NCBI GenBank assembly: GCA_031414535.1 | Contig: JANNVQ010000017.1 | Coordinates: 1 to 64,000, forward strand | Reading direction: 5' to 3' | DNA from: Gemmatimonas sp. | GTDB taxonomy: Bacteria; Gemmatimonadota; Gemmatimonadetes; Gemmatimonadales; Gemmatimonadaceae | Length of the DNA: 64,000 bases | Shown here: positions 49,033-59,489 of the stretch, piece by piece | How the letters are laid out: each line of letters opens with the position of its first letter | Numbering within the stretch: the stretch's first letter is position 1 | Notes under the pieces: generated by a model | Told to the model about the DNA's origin: nothing | The model's database searches: none | What the model saw: the letters and a program-made list of their open reading frames with translations, nothing else | Position numbers and translations under genes: made by a program

Positions 49033-50285
49033 TGAGCTTCCTCGTTCCGTGGATGTTCGCGGCTGGCATCGTGGCCGCGCTCGGTGTGGTCGCGCTGCAT
49101 CTGCTCTCCACACGTCGTCCTCCCGTGAGCATGCTCCCCACGGCGCGCTTCGTGCCAGAGTCCGATGTGCGGGCGGTGGCCCGTACATCCAAGCCCACGG
49201 ATTTGCTCCTGCTCGCGCTGCGGGCGCTGGCCGTGCTGCTCATTGGACTAGGGTTCGCTCAACCGCTGCCAGATTCACCAGGTCCCAGCGTACGCACGGT
49301 GTTGGCATTGGAGTGGACCACGGCACTCACAGATGCTGAAGCGGCACGCAGCGCGGCGCGCGCTCGATTGGAGGCGGGTGATGCGTTGGTGATCTTTGAT
49401 ACCGCGGCGCGAGTTGTGGATGCGTCTGAGTTGAACGCCTTGGCAACTCCAAGCGTGCGCCGTGCCGCACTCTCACCGATGTACATCGCGGCACGCGATG
49501 CCGCTCGTAGCATCGCAAGAGGCGCGGATTCCTTGCGCTTGGTGGTCGTGAGTGCACACACGGCGGACGCGCGTGACGCGGCCACTCCCGCGTTGGCGGC
49601 CAGTTGGCCAGGTCGAATTGAACGTATCGTGTTGCCTGCCATCGCTGACACGGCTGATTCGCCAGCGGTGCAGGTGTTGCCTGCTGATGCCGACGATGCG
49701 CTCGCGCCCGCGCTCCGTGCGCTACCACGAGCGCGAGGCACTCATCTCGTACGGGTTCAGCGGCGAGACATCACCGCGGTGGATTCGGCATGGCTCAGGG
49801 CGAATGCCGGGTCCGTGCTCGTCCACTGGCCGCGTCGCTTCACGGATAGTGTCCGTGCCGACGGCGTAGCCACGGACGATGGCAATACGCTCGTCGCGCC
49901 TCTCGCGCGTTTGCCTGTGTCCGAAGGCGCTGTGATTGCTCGCTGGCGCGACGGCGCAGCGGCGGTATCTGAGCGCCCTGTTGCCAGCGCCTGCCTACGC
50001 AGCGTAGGCATCGGCTTGCCAGAGTCAGGTGATCTCACGCTGCGCTCGCCCTTTGGCCACTTCCTTGGAAGTCTCGTCTCCCCCTGTGGTGGGCGCCGCG
50101 ATCGAGCGTTGGCGGATTCGCTCTTGGCGTCATCGCGCGACACGCTGCCGCTCGCCTTGGCGTCGGTGCTCGCCGGGGAAGGGAATGAGCGCTCGCCGCT
50201 CACACCCTGGCTGCTTGCTTCGGCGTTGCTCCTGCTCATCGCTGAGCAGATTCTGCGTCGGCGTCTGCCGAAGGCAGGCTCGTGA
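49032..50285 (+). CDS. BatA-N domain membrane protein
   Basis: MSFL.P, LHLL, PT.RF, LLLALR.LA......FAQP; C-terminal TM with E..L. Confidence 0.85.
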   Translation: MSFLVPWMFAAGIVAALGVVALHLLSTRRPPVSMLPTARFVPESDVRAVARTSKPTDLLLLALRALAVLLIGLGFAQPLPDSPGPSVRTVLALEWTTALTDAEAARSAARARLEAGDALVIFDTAARVVDASELNALATPSVRRAALSPMYIAARDAARSIARGADSLRLVVVSAHTADARDAATPALAASWPGRIERIVLPAIADTADSPAVQVLPADADDALAPALRALPRARGTHLVRVQRRDITAVDSAWLRANAGSVLVHWPRRFTDSVRADGVATDDGNTLVAPLARLPVSEGAVIARWRDGAAAVSERPVASACLRSVGIGLPESGDLTLRSPFGHFLGSLVSPCGGRRDRALADSLLASSRDTLPLALASVLAGEGNERSPLTPWLLASALLLLIAEQILRRRLPKAGS

Positions 50286-52357
50286 GCGCTCTCGAGCGAC
50301 TACGTCGCGCCCGCCAGCGGCTCCTCATAGTGCTCGCGGCGCGCGCACTGCTGACAGCTGCTCTCGCAATCATCGCGACCATCCTGTTTGCCCTCGCCGG
50401 GGACGGATTGCTCGGCTGGAGCGCCGACACGCGCCGCGTCGTCGCAATCCTCCCCTGGCTCGTGGGCGCACTCGTGCTCGCCGTGCTGGGCGCGCGTGCC
50501 TACGCCTCCTCGCACGCCGCGACGCACGAGTCCGTCGCGTTATGGTTTGAGAAGCGTATCCCATCGCTGCGGTATGCCCTAGTCACGCGACTCACCGTCG
50601 AACCAGACGCGTTCACTGAGGCGGCGTTGGATCGCGTGATCGCCGAGGCGCCGCTCGAGCGCGAAGTGGCTGTCGCGACGCGTGCATCACTCCTGAAGCC
50701 GGCGCTGGGCTTGCTTGGTGCAGTGGCACTACTGGCCTCGCTACCCGACGGGGCAGTTGGGCGAGTGACCACGCCTCGCGATGGGGATGCGCTTGAGCGT
50801 CCCGGTGCGGCGGCCGCGGCGGCGAGCAATCCGCTGGCCACTATCGTCGTGCGCGTGCAGCCACCAGCGTACGCGGGATTGAGTAGTGAGATCTATGATG
50901 ACCCGGCCACCGTGCAGGCGCTCGCTGGTAGCCGTGTCGTGGTTGAGGGGCTTGGGCGCGGCGTGAGTCTGCAGCGCGAATCCGATGCGCAAATCGCGGA
51001 GTACAGCGGCGAGCGCTGGCGGCTTGCCATACAGGTGCCACCTCGCGCCGAGGCCATGCGGCTCCGGGCCGCAGGACGCGAGCGTGTGCTTGTCATTGAG
51101 CCCATCACGGATTCGGTTCCGCGCGTGCGTCTCAGCCTTCCAGCGCGTGATACCGTCATGCGTGTGGCGAGCGGGGAGCTCGCGCTCGCTGCGTCGCTTG
51201 AGGATGATCTCGGGCTTGCGGACGCCTCGTTCGAACTCATCATCAGCACGGGCGACGGTGAGCTCTATGAGTTCCGCACGCTGCGCGTGGCACTCAAGCG
51301 GTTTGCCACTCCTGAGCGTGAGGCTGTGCTCGAAGGAAGGGTCAATCTTGATTCACTGAATCTCAAGCCTGGCGATCTCATTCACCTGCGAGCGGTGGCG
51401 GCAGACCGCAATGATGTGAACGGCCCCGGGCGCGGTGCGTCCGAGACGCGCACGCTGCGCGTGGCGCGCGCCGATGAGTACGACTCCGTGTCGGTTGATC
51501 CGGCGCCGCCAAGTGAACCGGAGAAGGACGCGCTCTCGCAGCGGATGATTCTCCAGATGACACGCGAGTTGGTGGCGCGCTCGCGCCGCATTGGCGCGGC
51601 GGCCACGACCCGCGACGCGCGACGCATTGCCGTGGACCAGACCAAGCTGCGTCAGCGCGTGGGACAGATTGTGTTCCAGCGCCTCGGCGAGGATGAGGGC
51701 GAGCACCAACACTTCCCCGGCGACGGTCACGCGCACGGGCAGGAAGGCCCCCTCAACCCCGATCAGATTCTTGCTGCCGCGGAGCGCGCAGCCAATGCGG
51801 ATCCCACGCGAAGCCTCGACAACCACGGTGACGAGACGCCTATCGTGGCCATCAACCGACCGCTGCTTGAGGCCTACAACCACATGTGGCGGGCGGCGAC
51901 GGAGTTGGAGACGGGAGCGCCCGCTGCGGCCATCCCGTGGATGGAGCGTGCGATAGCCGCGTTGCAACGCGCGCGTGCCGCTGAGCGCATCTATTTGCGC
52001 GGGCGTCCTCCAAATGTTGTGGTGGACTTAGCACGTGTACGGCTGGCCGGAAAGAACGAGGGAGATCCTACATCTCGCAGTGCCCGGCCCAGTGTTGACC
52101 CGCTACGCGCTGAGCGACTCGCCCGCTTTGATGCGGCACTGACAGTGGTGACGAGCGATGCCGCGGCGGCGGCGGACTCGTTGCTGCTGCTCCGCGTGAC
52201 GCTTCCGGACGAGGAGCGCGCGGCCATCCTGGCACTAGATGCGGCAGCGAACGCGCTGCGCCAGGGCGGGGATGTGACCCTCGTGCTGTCTAACGCGCGC
52301 CGTGCCCTCGTCGCGCAACCGCCACGCCGTTCGTCGCTCGCCGGATGGGGGCTCTAG
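50282..52357 (+). CDS. Membrane-anchored DUF4175-like protein
   Basis: N-terminal TMs, PPAY.G, D..P.V....P, DD.GL, L.PGD......A.D, helical C-terminus. Confidence 0.7.
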   Translation: MSALERLRRARQRLLIVLAARALLTAALAIIATILFALAGDGLLGWSADTRRVVAILPWLVGALVLAVLGARAYASSHAATHESVALWFEKRIPSLRYALVTRLTVEPDAFTEAALDRVIAEAPLEREVAVATRASLLKPALGLLGAVALLASLPDGAVGRVTTPRDGDALERPGAAAAAASNPLATIVVRVQPPAYAGLSSEIYDDPATVQALAGSRVVVEGLGRGVSLQRESDAQIAEYSGERWRLAIQVPPRAEAMRLRAAGRERVLVIEPITDSVPRVRLSLPARDTVMRVASGELALAASLEDDLGLADASFELIISTGDGELYEFRTLRVALKRFATPEREAVLEGRVNLDSLNLKPGDLIHLRAVAADRNDVNGPGRGASETRTLRVARADEYDSVSVDPAPPSEPEKDALSQRMILQMTRELVARSRRIGAAATTRDARRIAVDQTKLRQRVGQIVFQRLGEDEGEHQHFPGDGHAHGQEGPLNPDQILAAAERAANADPTRSLDNHGDETPIVAINRPLLEAYNHMWRAATELETGAPAAAIPWMERAIAALQRARAAERIYLRGRPPNVVVDLARVRLAGKNEGDPTSRSARPSVDPLRAERLARFDAALTVVTSDAAAAADSLLLLRVTLPDEERAAILALDAAANALRQGGDVTLVLSNARRALVAQPPRRSSLAGWGL

Positions 52358-52968
52358 TGGCAGAGTTTGTGTGGGCCACCGCGCAGTATGACAGCGGCGA
52401 CTGGGACAGTGCGCCAATGGTCGCGCCAAATCTCATTGACTCCGTGGCGCGCTACACGACGATTGACGTGGCGCCCACCGGAGTCATTGTCCCGCTTGGC
52501 TCGCGCGATCTGTTTAAGTACCCGTTGGTGTTTCTTACGGGTCACTTGCCGGTGCGCTTCTCGGACGTGGAGCGCAGTACGCTCCGCGAGTACTGCCGGC
52601 GCGGCGGATTGCTGTTTGTGGACGATCACAACCACGACATCGACGGTGAGTTTCATCGGACCGCGTGGGAAGAGATTGCCAAGGCCGTCGCTCCGCTCAA
52701 GGACCTGCGCAACGATCATGAGATCTACCGGAGCTTCTTTACGTTCGCGGACGGGCCGCCCACGACCAGCCATGAGCTCAATGGTTGGGGCGACAATCTC
52801 GTGCACAAGCACCTACAGGCTGTAGAGCGCGACGGCCGCATCTGCGTGCTGTATAGCAGCAAGGACTACGCCTCGGAGTGGAATTACCATCCTGATAACA
52901 AGCGATTCCTCTCGCTCGACAACACACGCTTTGGCGTCAACGTGGTGGTGTATGCGCTCACCCGTTGA
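52357..52968 (+). CDS. DUF4159 family protein
   Basis: Y.SGDW, LF.YP..FLTGH, L.EY...GG.LFVDD, H.IY..FF, GVN.VVYALT; alternative ATG 52345. Confidence 0.85.
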   Translation: MAEFVWATAQYDSGDWDSAPMVAPNLIDSVARYTTIDVAPTGVIVPLGSRDLFKYPLVFLTGHLPVRFSDVERSTLREYCRRGGLLFVDDHNHDIDGEFHRTAWEEIAKAVAPLKDLRNDHEIYRSFFTFADGPPTTSHELNGWGDNLVHKHLQAVERDGRICVLYSSKDYASEWNYHPDNKRFLSLDNTRFGVNVVVYALTR

Positions 52969-54199
52969 GTCGCAACTGCGGCAGTCGCGCCGCGAGGGAT
53001 TGCTGCGTGGCGTGGCCCTCGCCGCACTCGCGGCGGCAACGCTCGTGGCGGCCTGGCTCGCGATGCGCCCTGAAGTCACTGGCCCGCCGGCGCTTCGGGT
53101 GCAGTTCGAGACTCCGCCATCGGCCATCGCAAGGGATTCGCTCGCTGCGCTGGTTCGCGCGGGCCGTACCGTCACGTGGGAAGGAGACCTCGCGCCCTTA
53201 GCCGTGATGGCGGAGCCCGTGCGTGAGCCCGGCACGCGTTGGCGAATCGCGGCCGTGGGCAGCGCGCCGCTCATCGTGCGTGATTCCCTAGGCGTGATTG
53301 ACTCACTCGGGGTGGCATCGGCGCTCACGCTCGAGCCCACGCGCGGACCCGTACAAATTGTGCAGGGCGGTACCCTAGCCTCCGTTGCGCCGCGAGAGAT
53401 CGCGCCCCCGCGCCGCGCCATGGTGCTCGGCCGCGTGGGCTGGGAAGCGCGCTTCATTATTACGGCGCTGGAGGAGGCCGGTTGGAATGTGGACGCGAGG
53501 CTCGCACTCGGGCGCGAGCGTGAGGTGCGTCAAGGCGAGGGCAGCCCACGATTGGAGCGGCACGATGTGGTGATCGTGACCGATTCCACGTCGGCCAATG
53601 CCAGCGCCGCATCGCTCGCGCGCTTCGCGCGTGCTGGTGGTGGGCTCCTCCTTGCTGGCGAAGCAGCGGCGGCGGGAGCTCCGGCCCTGCGCGCAATCAC
53701 GGGCGCGCGCGTGCAGCGCATCGAAGAGCCCGAGACGGAATCCTTCGAAGGCCACGAACCCACGCACGCCCTGCCGCTCTTCGCGCTCAGCGCCATCGCG
53801 AGTGATGCGAGTCTGCTGGAAGACCGCGAAGGCACGCCAGCCATCGTCGCCCGGCGAGTGGAGGCGGGGCGGGTGATGCAGGTGGGCTACGCTGAGACGT
53901 GGCGTTGGCGCATGCAGGGTGAAGGGCGGAGTGTGGAAGAGCATCGCGCGTATTGGTCTCGACTCGCTGGCCTCGTGGCACGCGGTGAAGCGCGACCCGC
54001 CGCGCTCGTGGCCGATGCTCGCGAAGCTGCTCGAGACGCCGCGCCGCTCGCCGCACTCGTACACGCAATTGGCCCGCCGAGCGAAGCTGACGCATCTGCC
54101 GTACGCAACGGACCAACGCTCCCAGCTTGGCTCGGCCCCATCATCTTATTAGCCCTGCTCGCTGAGTGGGGATCACGCCGCCGTAGAGGAGCCCCGTGA
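52952..54199 (+). CDS. Membrane protein with class I GATase-like domain
   Basis: N-terminal TM, WEARFI..AL, GGGLLLAG, GRV.....TWRW, LLAEW..RRRRG. Confidence 0.7.
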   Translation: MRSPVESQLRQSRREGLLRGVALAALAAATLVAAWLAMRPEVTGPPALRVQFETPPSAIARDSLAALVRAGRTVTWEGDLAPLAVMAEPVREPGTRWRIAAVGSAPLIVRDSLGVIDSLGVASALTLEPTRGPVQIVQGGTLASVAPREIAPPRRAMVLGRVGWEARFIITALEEAGWNVDARLALGREREVRQGEGSPRLERHDVVIVTDSTSANASAASLARFARAGGGLLLAGEAAAAGAPALRAITGARVQRIEEPETESFEGHEPTHALPLFALSAIASDASLLEDREGTPAIVARRVEAGRVMQVGYAETWRWRMQGEGRSVEEHRAYWSRLAGLVARGEARPAALVADAREAARDAAPLAALVHAIGPPSEADASAVRNGPTLPAWLGPIILLALLAEWGSRRRRGAP

Positions 54200-55125
54200 C
54201 GGACAAGCTTGCGTTCATCTCGCACTCAGATTGTGGTCGTCACGACAACGGATGGAAACATCCCGAGCACGTGGGCCGCGTGCGGGCCATCACGAGTGCC
54301 CTCAAGTACTCGCCGGATCTCTTCATGGCGATGGACTTGCTCGAAGGCCGCCATGCCACGGAGGCCGAGCTCGAGCTCTGCCACGACAAGGCGTACATCG
54401 CGGCCGTACGTGAGCTGAGCGAGCAGGGTGGCGGCCGCTTCGATGCGGACACCGTGGTGAGCGAAGGCAGCTGGGACGCCGCGCGGGCGGCTGCGGGCTG
54501 CGTCCTCGATGCCGTGGAGCGTGCAATGGACGGACGGAACCTCCGCAGCTTCTGCGCCGTGCGTCCACCGGGACATCACGCGCTTCGCGCCCAGGGCATG
54601 GGATTCTGCCTGTTTGGCAACGCGGCTATCGGGGCCAAACACGCGCTCGCCCGCGGAGCGGAGCGCGTGCTTATCGTGGACTGGGACGTACATCATGGCA
54701 ACGGTACCCAGGCATTGGTTGAGGATGACCCGCGTATCCACTTCGTCTCGATGCATCAGTGGCCATGGTATCCCGGCAGCGGGGCAGCTGAGGACCGGGG
54801 TCCGCACGGAAGCCTTTGGAACGTGCCGATGGCGGCCGGACTTGAGGCTCCCGCCTACCTCGGTGCGCTCTTTGCGGCGGTGGATGCTGCCACGGAAGGC
54901 TGGACGCCGGACCTCGTGCTCGTGTCGAGCGGCTTCGATTCCATGGCCCGGGATCCGCTTGGCGGGTTCACCCTAGAGCTTGAGGACATCGGCACGCTGA
55001 CGCGCGAGCTTGTCGCACGGGCGACGCGTTGGTGCGGGGGCCGGCTCGTCAGTGCCCTCGAGGGTGGTTACGACCCTCAGCGCGTGGGTGCGGGCGTCAT
55101 CGCGCACCTTGAGGCGCTGCGGTAG
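54196..55125 (+). CDS. Histone deacetylase family protein
   Basis: HPE...R, RPPGHHA, GFCLF, DWDVHHGNGTQ, SGFD...DPLG, LEGGY. Confidence 0.96.
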   Translation: MTDKLAFISHSDCGRHDNGWKHPEHVGRVRAITSALKYSPDLFMAMDLLEGRHATEAELELCHDKAYIAAVRELSEQGGGRFDADTVVSEGSWDAARAAAGCVLDAVERAMDGRNLRSFCAVRPPGHHALRAQGMGFCLFGNAAIGAKHALARGAERVLIVDWDVHHGNGTQALVEDDPRIHFVSMHQWPWYPGSGAAEDRGPHGSLWNVPMAAGLEAPAYLGALFAAVDAATEGWTPDLVLVSSGFDSMARDPLGGFTLELEDIGTLTRELVARATRWCGGRLVSALEGGYDPQRVGAGVIAHLEALR

Positions 55126-55135
55126 CTTCTTAGGC

Positions 55136-56182
55136 ATGGCCAAAAAACGACGTTCGCTCCGCCTCGCTAAGCATGAGATTCATAGCACACCGCAGCCTGC
55201 CGAGCGCCCGCGAAGCTGGTATCGCGATGCCGACGGTGTGCTGAAGACCGACCTGGATCCGCGCGACATGCCGGCCATTCTTGCGGCTGGGACGGGCACG
55301 CTGTGGGTCGATATCAATACCGAAAGCAAAACGCAGCACGCACTGCTCGCGGACGTCTTCAAGTTTCACCCGCTGAGCATCGAAGACACCACCTCCAGCG
55401 AGGGACGCGTAAAGTTCGAGGAGTTCCCTACGTACGCCTTCGCCGTGGTGCGCGCGGTGCGCTTCGCCGATGAGACGCCCGAACTGTATGACATCGAGAC
55501 GTTCAACCTCTGGACCTTTGTGGGACAGAATTTCGTGGTCACGGTACACGGGCCACACTCACCAGGCGTGGACACCGCAATTACCCGTCTGGGTCGAGAC
55601 GCGCAGCTGCTCGCGCACGGTCCGGGGCGCTTGATGCACCAGATTCTCGACGCCACGGTGGACGCGTACTTCCCTGTCCTCGACCAACTCGACGAGTTCG
55701 TTGATGGTCTCGAGGAGCGCGTGTTTGTGCACTTCGATCAGGAGGCCCTGCGCGACATCTTTTCTGTGAAGCGGCTCGTGCTCACGCTGCGTCGCCACTT
55801 GGCTCCGATGCGCGAAGTGTTCAACACGCTCCAGAGCCGCCCGTCTGCGCATATCTCGCCTGAAACGCAGATTTACTTCCGCGATGTGTACGATCACGTC
55901 ATCCGGCTCAACGAGTCGCTCGATACGTATCGCGACCTGCTGTCGAGCACGCTCGACTCGTATCTGACACAGATTTCGAACCGCATGGGCATGGTGACCA
56001 AGGGCCTGAGCGTGGTCGCGACGCTCAGCGTGCCCTTCGTCGTGGTGAGTGGCATGTGGGGAATGAATTTTGCCCACATCCCGCTGTCTGACGCCCCAAG
56101 CGGCTTCTGGCTAATGCTGGCCTTGCAGCTTGGGCTCGGCGCGCTGCTGCTCTGGGTACTCCGCCGCAATCGTTGGCTCTAG
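55136..56182 (+). CDS. corA: Magnesium/cobalt transporter CorA
   Basis: FHPL.IED, YFRDVYDH, GMWGMNF; ATG 55136. Confidence 0.92.
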   Translation: MAKKRRSLRLAKHEIHSTPQPAERPRSWYRDADGVLKTDLDPRDMPAILAAGTGTLWVDINTESKTQHALLADVFKFHPLSIEDTTSSEGRVKFEEFPTYAFAVVRAVRFADETPELYDIETFNLWTFVGQNFVVTVHGPHSPGVDTAITRLGRDAQLLAHGPGRLMHQILDATVDAYFPVLDQLDEFVDGLEERVFVHFDQEALRDIFSVKRLVLTLRRHLAPMREVFNTLQSRPSAHISPETQIYFRDVYDHVIRLNESLDTYRDLLSSTLDSYLTQISNRMGMVTKGLSVVATLSVPFVVVSGMWGMNFAHIPLSDAPSGFWLMLALQLGLGALLLWVLRRNRWL

Positions 56183-56192
56183 ATTACATCCT

Positions 56193-57170
56193 GTGTTCTG
56201 CCCTGACTGCGGTACCTGGAATCGCAGCGCCCTGCGCCAATGTGCGCAGTGCGCCCGCAACCTCCCCGACCTGCCCTCGGCGGTGGATGCGCCGGATCAT
56301 CTCATCACCTCGCTGCGGCACGCCACGGGGCACCGGTATCGCATCGTGCGCCGCATTGGCGCCGGCGGTATGGCCGACGTGTACGAAGCCCGCCACCATC
56401 TTCTTGACCGCCCGCTCGCCGTCAAGGTGATGCACGCGCACTTGGCCCGCGATCAAGAAATGCGTCTGCGCTTTAAGCGTGAGGCCGAGGCCGCAAGTCG
56501 CCTGCTGCATCCATTCATCTGTGCGCCGCTCGACTACGGCGAAACAGAAGACGCCGTCTACCTCGTGCTGCCATACCTCGGCGGCGGTTGTCTCGCCGAC
56601 GACTTGATGCGCACGCGCACTGTCGCCGCGCCACGAGCAGCGCGCATAGCAGCACAGGTTGCCACGGCCCTCGATTACTCAGCACGACAGGGCGTGATTC
56701 ACCGCGATGTGAAGCCGGACAATGTGCTCTTCGACACCGACGGCAACGCCATCCTCACGGACTTCGGCATCGCCACCGCGTACTTCCACGGCCGCATGAC
56801 GGCCGGAGGTCGCGCGATGGGTACGCCGCACTACATGGCGCCCGAGCAGGCGATGGGCCGCTTTGTGGACGGACGTGCCGATCTCTACGCGGTCGGCGTC
56901 ATGCTCTACGAATGTCTCTCGGGGGCCACACCATTTGACGGCCCGGATGGCTATGCCATCGGCTACAAGCATGTGCACGAGTTGCCGAAGCCCATCCTCG
57001 AGGCGGCGCCCGATACCCCAAGCGGTCTGACTGATATCGTGATGGCGCTCTTGGAGAAGGACCCGAACGCGCGCTACCAGCGCGGGCACGACGTCGCCGA
57101 GGCCATCTACCATTGGATGCACGAGACGGGCATCCGAGAGGAATCGCCGGCTCGCGCATCGCGAGGTTAG
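56193..57170 (+). CDS. Ser/Thr protein kinase with N-terminal zinc ribbon
   Basis: CPDC...CAQC; GAGGMADVY, AVKV, HRDVKPDN, DFG, GTPHYMAPEQ; GTG 56193. Confidence 0.93.
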   Translation: MFCPDCGTWNRSALRQCAQCARNLPDLPSAVDAPDHLITSLRHATGHRYRIVRRIGAGGMADVYEARHHLLDRPLAVKVMHAHLARDQEMRLRFKREAEAASRLLHPFICAPLDYGETEDAVYLVLPYLGGGCLADDLMRTRTVAAPRAARIAAQVATALDYSARQGVIHRDVKPDNVLFDTDGNAILTDFGIATAYFHGRMTAGGRAMGTPHYMAPEQAMGRFVDGRADLYAVGVMLYECLSGATPFDGPDGYAIGYKHVHELPKPILEAAPDTPSGLTDIVMALLEKDPNARYQRGHDVAEAIYHWMHETGIREESPARASRG

Positions 57171-57171
57171 C

Positions 57172-59445
57172 GTGAACACGGCGGCTCTTATCAGCACGCG
57201 CTTGGTGGAAATCGCGTTGCCGCTGCCGCTCCTCCGCACCTTCACCTATGCGGTCCCCGAAAAGGCGCGTCACCCGCTCTACCCGGGCAGCCGCGTCGTG
57301 GCCCCGGTGCGGGGCAAGCGCGTCATTGGCATCTGCGTTGGTGAGAGCGACGGCGTCTCGCTCGGCGAGAAGGAAGCCAAGTCGCTCCTCGACGTGCCCG
57401 ATGCCGCGCCCTCGCTGCCGCCAGACCTGCTGCGCGTCTGCCGATGGATCAGCGACTACTACATCGCGCCGCTCGGCCTCGTTTGCCGCGCGGTGCTACC
57501 CGCCGCACTCGGGAGCGCCGCGAAGCCAGACGCGCCAGGAAGAGAAGAGCGCCTGCTCGTCATCGCCAAGGAATTGCCAACCCTGCTCGCCCGTGATGAA
57601 GCCTTCAAGCGGGCTCCGCAGCAGCGCCAGCTCTTCGAACTGCTTGAGCAACTCGGCGGCCGCGCACCACTCTCGCTGCTCATGGAACAGCTCGGCTGCA
57701 CCCAGTCAGTCGCGCAGGGCTTGGTCAAGCGCGGTCTCGCGAACATTGCGCGTGCGAGTCGCATCCGCGATCCCTTCGCGTCGCGCACGCCTCCGAGACC
57801 CGCGGCGGTCAGGCCCACCGACGCCCAGCGCGATGCCATCAGCGCAATCACGGCATCGGCGCCGGGGGCTGTCACCCTCTTGCACGGCATCACCGGAAGC
57901 GGGAAGACGCTCGTGTATCTCGAAGTGCTCAAGCGAGTGGTGCTCGAGCAAGGCAAGTCGGCAATCGTGCTGGTGCCGGAGATTGCGCTCACGCCACAGG
58001 CCGTGGACCGCTTCCGTGCTGTATTCGGCGATCAGGTGGCGGTGCTGCATTCTGGGCTCAGCGATGGCGAACGGCTCGATGCTTGGCGTGCGCTCCAGCG
58101 CGGCGAGCGGCGTATCGCGGTGGGCGCGCGTTCGGCGGTCTTTGCGCCGCTGCCAAACCTCGGCGCCATCATCGTGGATGAAGAACACGAGTCGAGCTAC
58201 AAGCAGGCCGAGACGCCACGCTATCACGCGCGCGAGGTGGCCATCGTGCGCGCACGCGAAGCCGGCGCTGTCTGCGTGCTCGGCAGCGCCACGCCCTCGC
58301 TCGAAACCTGGGTCAACGCACGCGAGGGCCGCTACGCGCTGATTTCACTTCCCGAACGGGTCGGTGGTGGCGCGCTTCCCACGGTCCGCATCCTCGATTT
58401 GCGCAGCGAACTCCGCGCCGCTGCTCCGGAAGATCGCGCCCGACGCCAAGTGCTCAGTGGTGAGCTTGAGAAGGGTCTCAGAGACCGACTGGAGCGGAAG
58501 GAACAAAGCATTCTGCTCCTTAACCGTCGTGGTTATGCGAGTTTTGTGCAATGTGATGAAGGCCACGTTGCGGTTTGTCCCAACTGTTCTATCTCGCTCA
58601 CCTACCACCGCACGCCTGAGCGCTTGGTCTGCCACTACTGCCTGCACCAAGAAGACGCCGCGAAGGCCTGCAGTGACTGCGGTCAAGCCCTCAAGCGCCA
58701 ACGGGGACTTGGCACGCAGCAAGTGGAGCGGCTTCTGCTCGAGCGGCTCCCGGAGGCGCGTGTGGCGCGCATGGATGTGGACACGACGAGCGGGAAGTGG
58801 GCGCATACAGCCATCCTCGACCGCGTGGCGAGTGGCGAAGTGGACATCCTGCTTGGCACGCAGATGATCGCCAAAGGACTCGATTTCCCCAACGTGACGC
58901 TGGTCGGCGTGATTGATGCAGACATCGGCATTAACCTGCCCGACTTCCGCGCGAGCGAACGCAGTTTCCAGTTGTTGAGCCAAGTGGCGGGCCGTGCCGG
59001 ACGCGGGCCGAAGGGCGGGGAAGTGGTGATTCAGACACGTGTGCCTTCCCATCACGCGTTGCGCTGCGCCATGACGCACGACTATCACGGCTTCGTCGCT
59101 GAGGAACTGCCGGCGCGGGAGTCGCCACCGTATCCGCCCACGTTGCGCTTAGCCAACGTCGTGGTCAGTGGAGTGGACGAGGGCGCGGTGGCACAGTTCG
59201 CCACTGAGGTGGCGGACTGGATTATCAAGGCCGATCTCAAGTTCGGGCTGGGCGTGACGGTGCTGGGGCCAGCGCCCTGTCCCTTGGAGCGCATCAAGAA
59301 CCGCTGGCGCTGGCACGTGGTCCTCAAGAGCACGCAGCCGGGGCCGCTGACCCGCCTGCTCCGCGGCCTCGCGGAAGGCGTGGATGTTCCAGCGCATCAC
59401 GAGCTCCGCTTGATGGCGGACCGAGACCCGGTCACCCTGCTTTAG
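57172..59445 (+). CDS. priA: Primosomal protein N'
   Basis: GITGSGKT, LVPEIALTPQ, GARSA, DEEHE, LNRRGY, Cys cluster, GTQMIAKGLDFP, QVAGRAGR. Confidence 0.98.
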   Translation: MNTAALISTRLVEIALPLPLLRTFTYAVPEKARHPLYPGSRVVAPVRGKRVIGICVGESDGVSLGEKEAKSLLDVPDAAPSLPPDLLRVCRWISDYYIAPLGLVCRAVLPAALGSAAKPDAPGREERLLVIAKELPTLLARDEAFKRAPQQRQLFELLEQLGGRAPLSLLMEQLGCTQSVAQGLVKRGLANIARASRIRDPFASRTPPRPAAVRPTDAQRDAISAITASAPGAVTLLHGITGSGKTLVYLEVLKRVVLEQGKSAIVLVPEIALTPQAVDRFRAVFGDQVAVLHSGLSDGERLDAWRALQRGERRIAVGARSAVFAPLPNLGAIIVDEEHESSYKQAETPRYHAREVAIVRAREAGAVCVLGSATPSLETWVNAREGRYALISLPERVGGGALPTVRILDLRSELRAAAPEDRARRQVLSGELEKGLRDRLERKEQSILLLNRRGYASFVQCDEGHVAVCPNCSISLTYHRTPERLVCHYCLHQEDAAKACSDCGQALKRQRGLGTQQVERLLLERLPEARVARMDVDTTSGKWAHTAILDRVASGEVDILLGTQMIAKGLDFPNVTLVGVIDADIGINLPDFRASERSFQLLSQVAGRAGRGPKGGEVVIQTRVPSHHALRCAMTHDYHGFVAEELPARESPPYPPTLRLANVVVSGVDEGAVAQFATEVADWIIKADLKFGLGVTVLGPAPCPLERIKNRWRWHVVLKSTQPGPLTRLLRGLAEGVDVPAHHELRLMADRDPVTLL

Positions 59446-59489
59446 CCGCCGAGGGTACCATCTCGCCCCGCTGAGAGCGAGATTTCAGA

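Noticed and set aside
54196..55125. HDAC as a eukaryote-like novelty
   Set aside because: HDAC/AcuC/AphA proteins are widespread in bacteria
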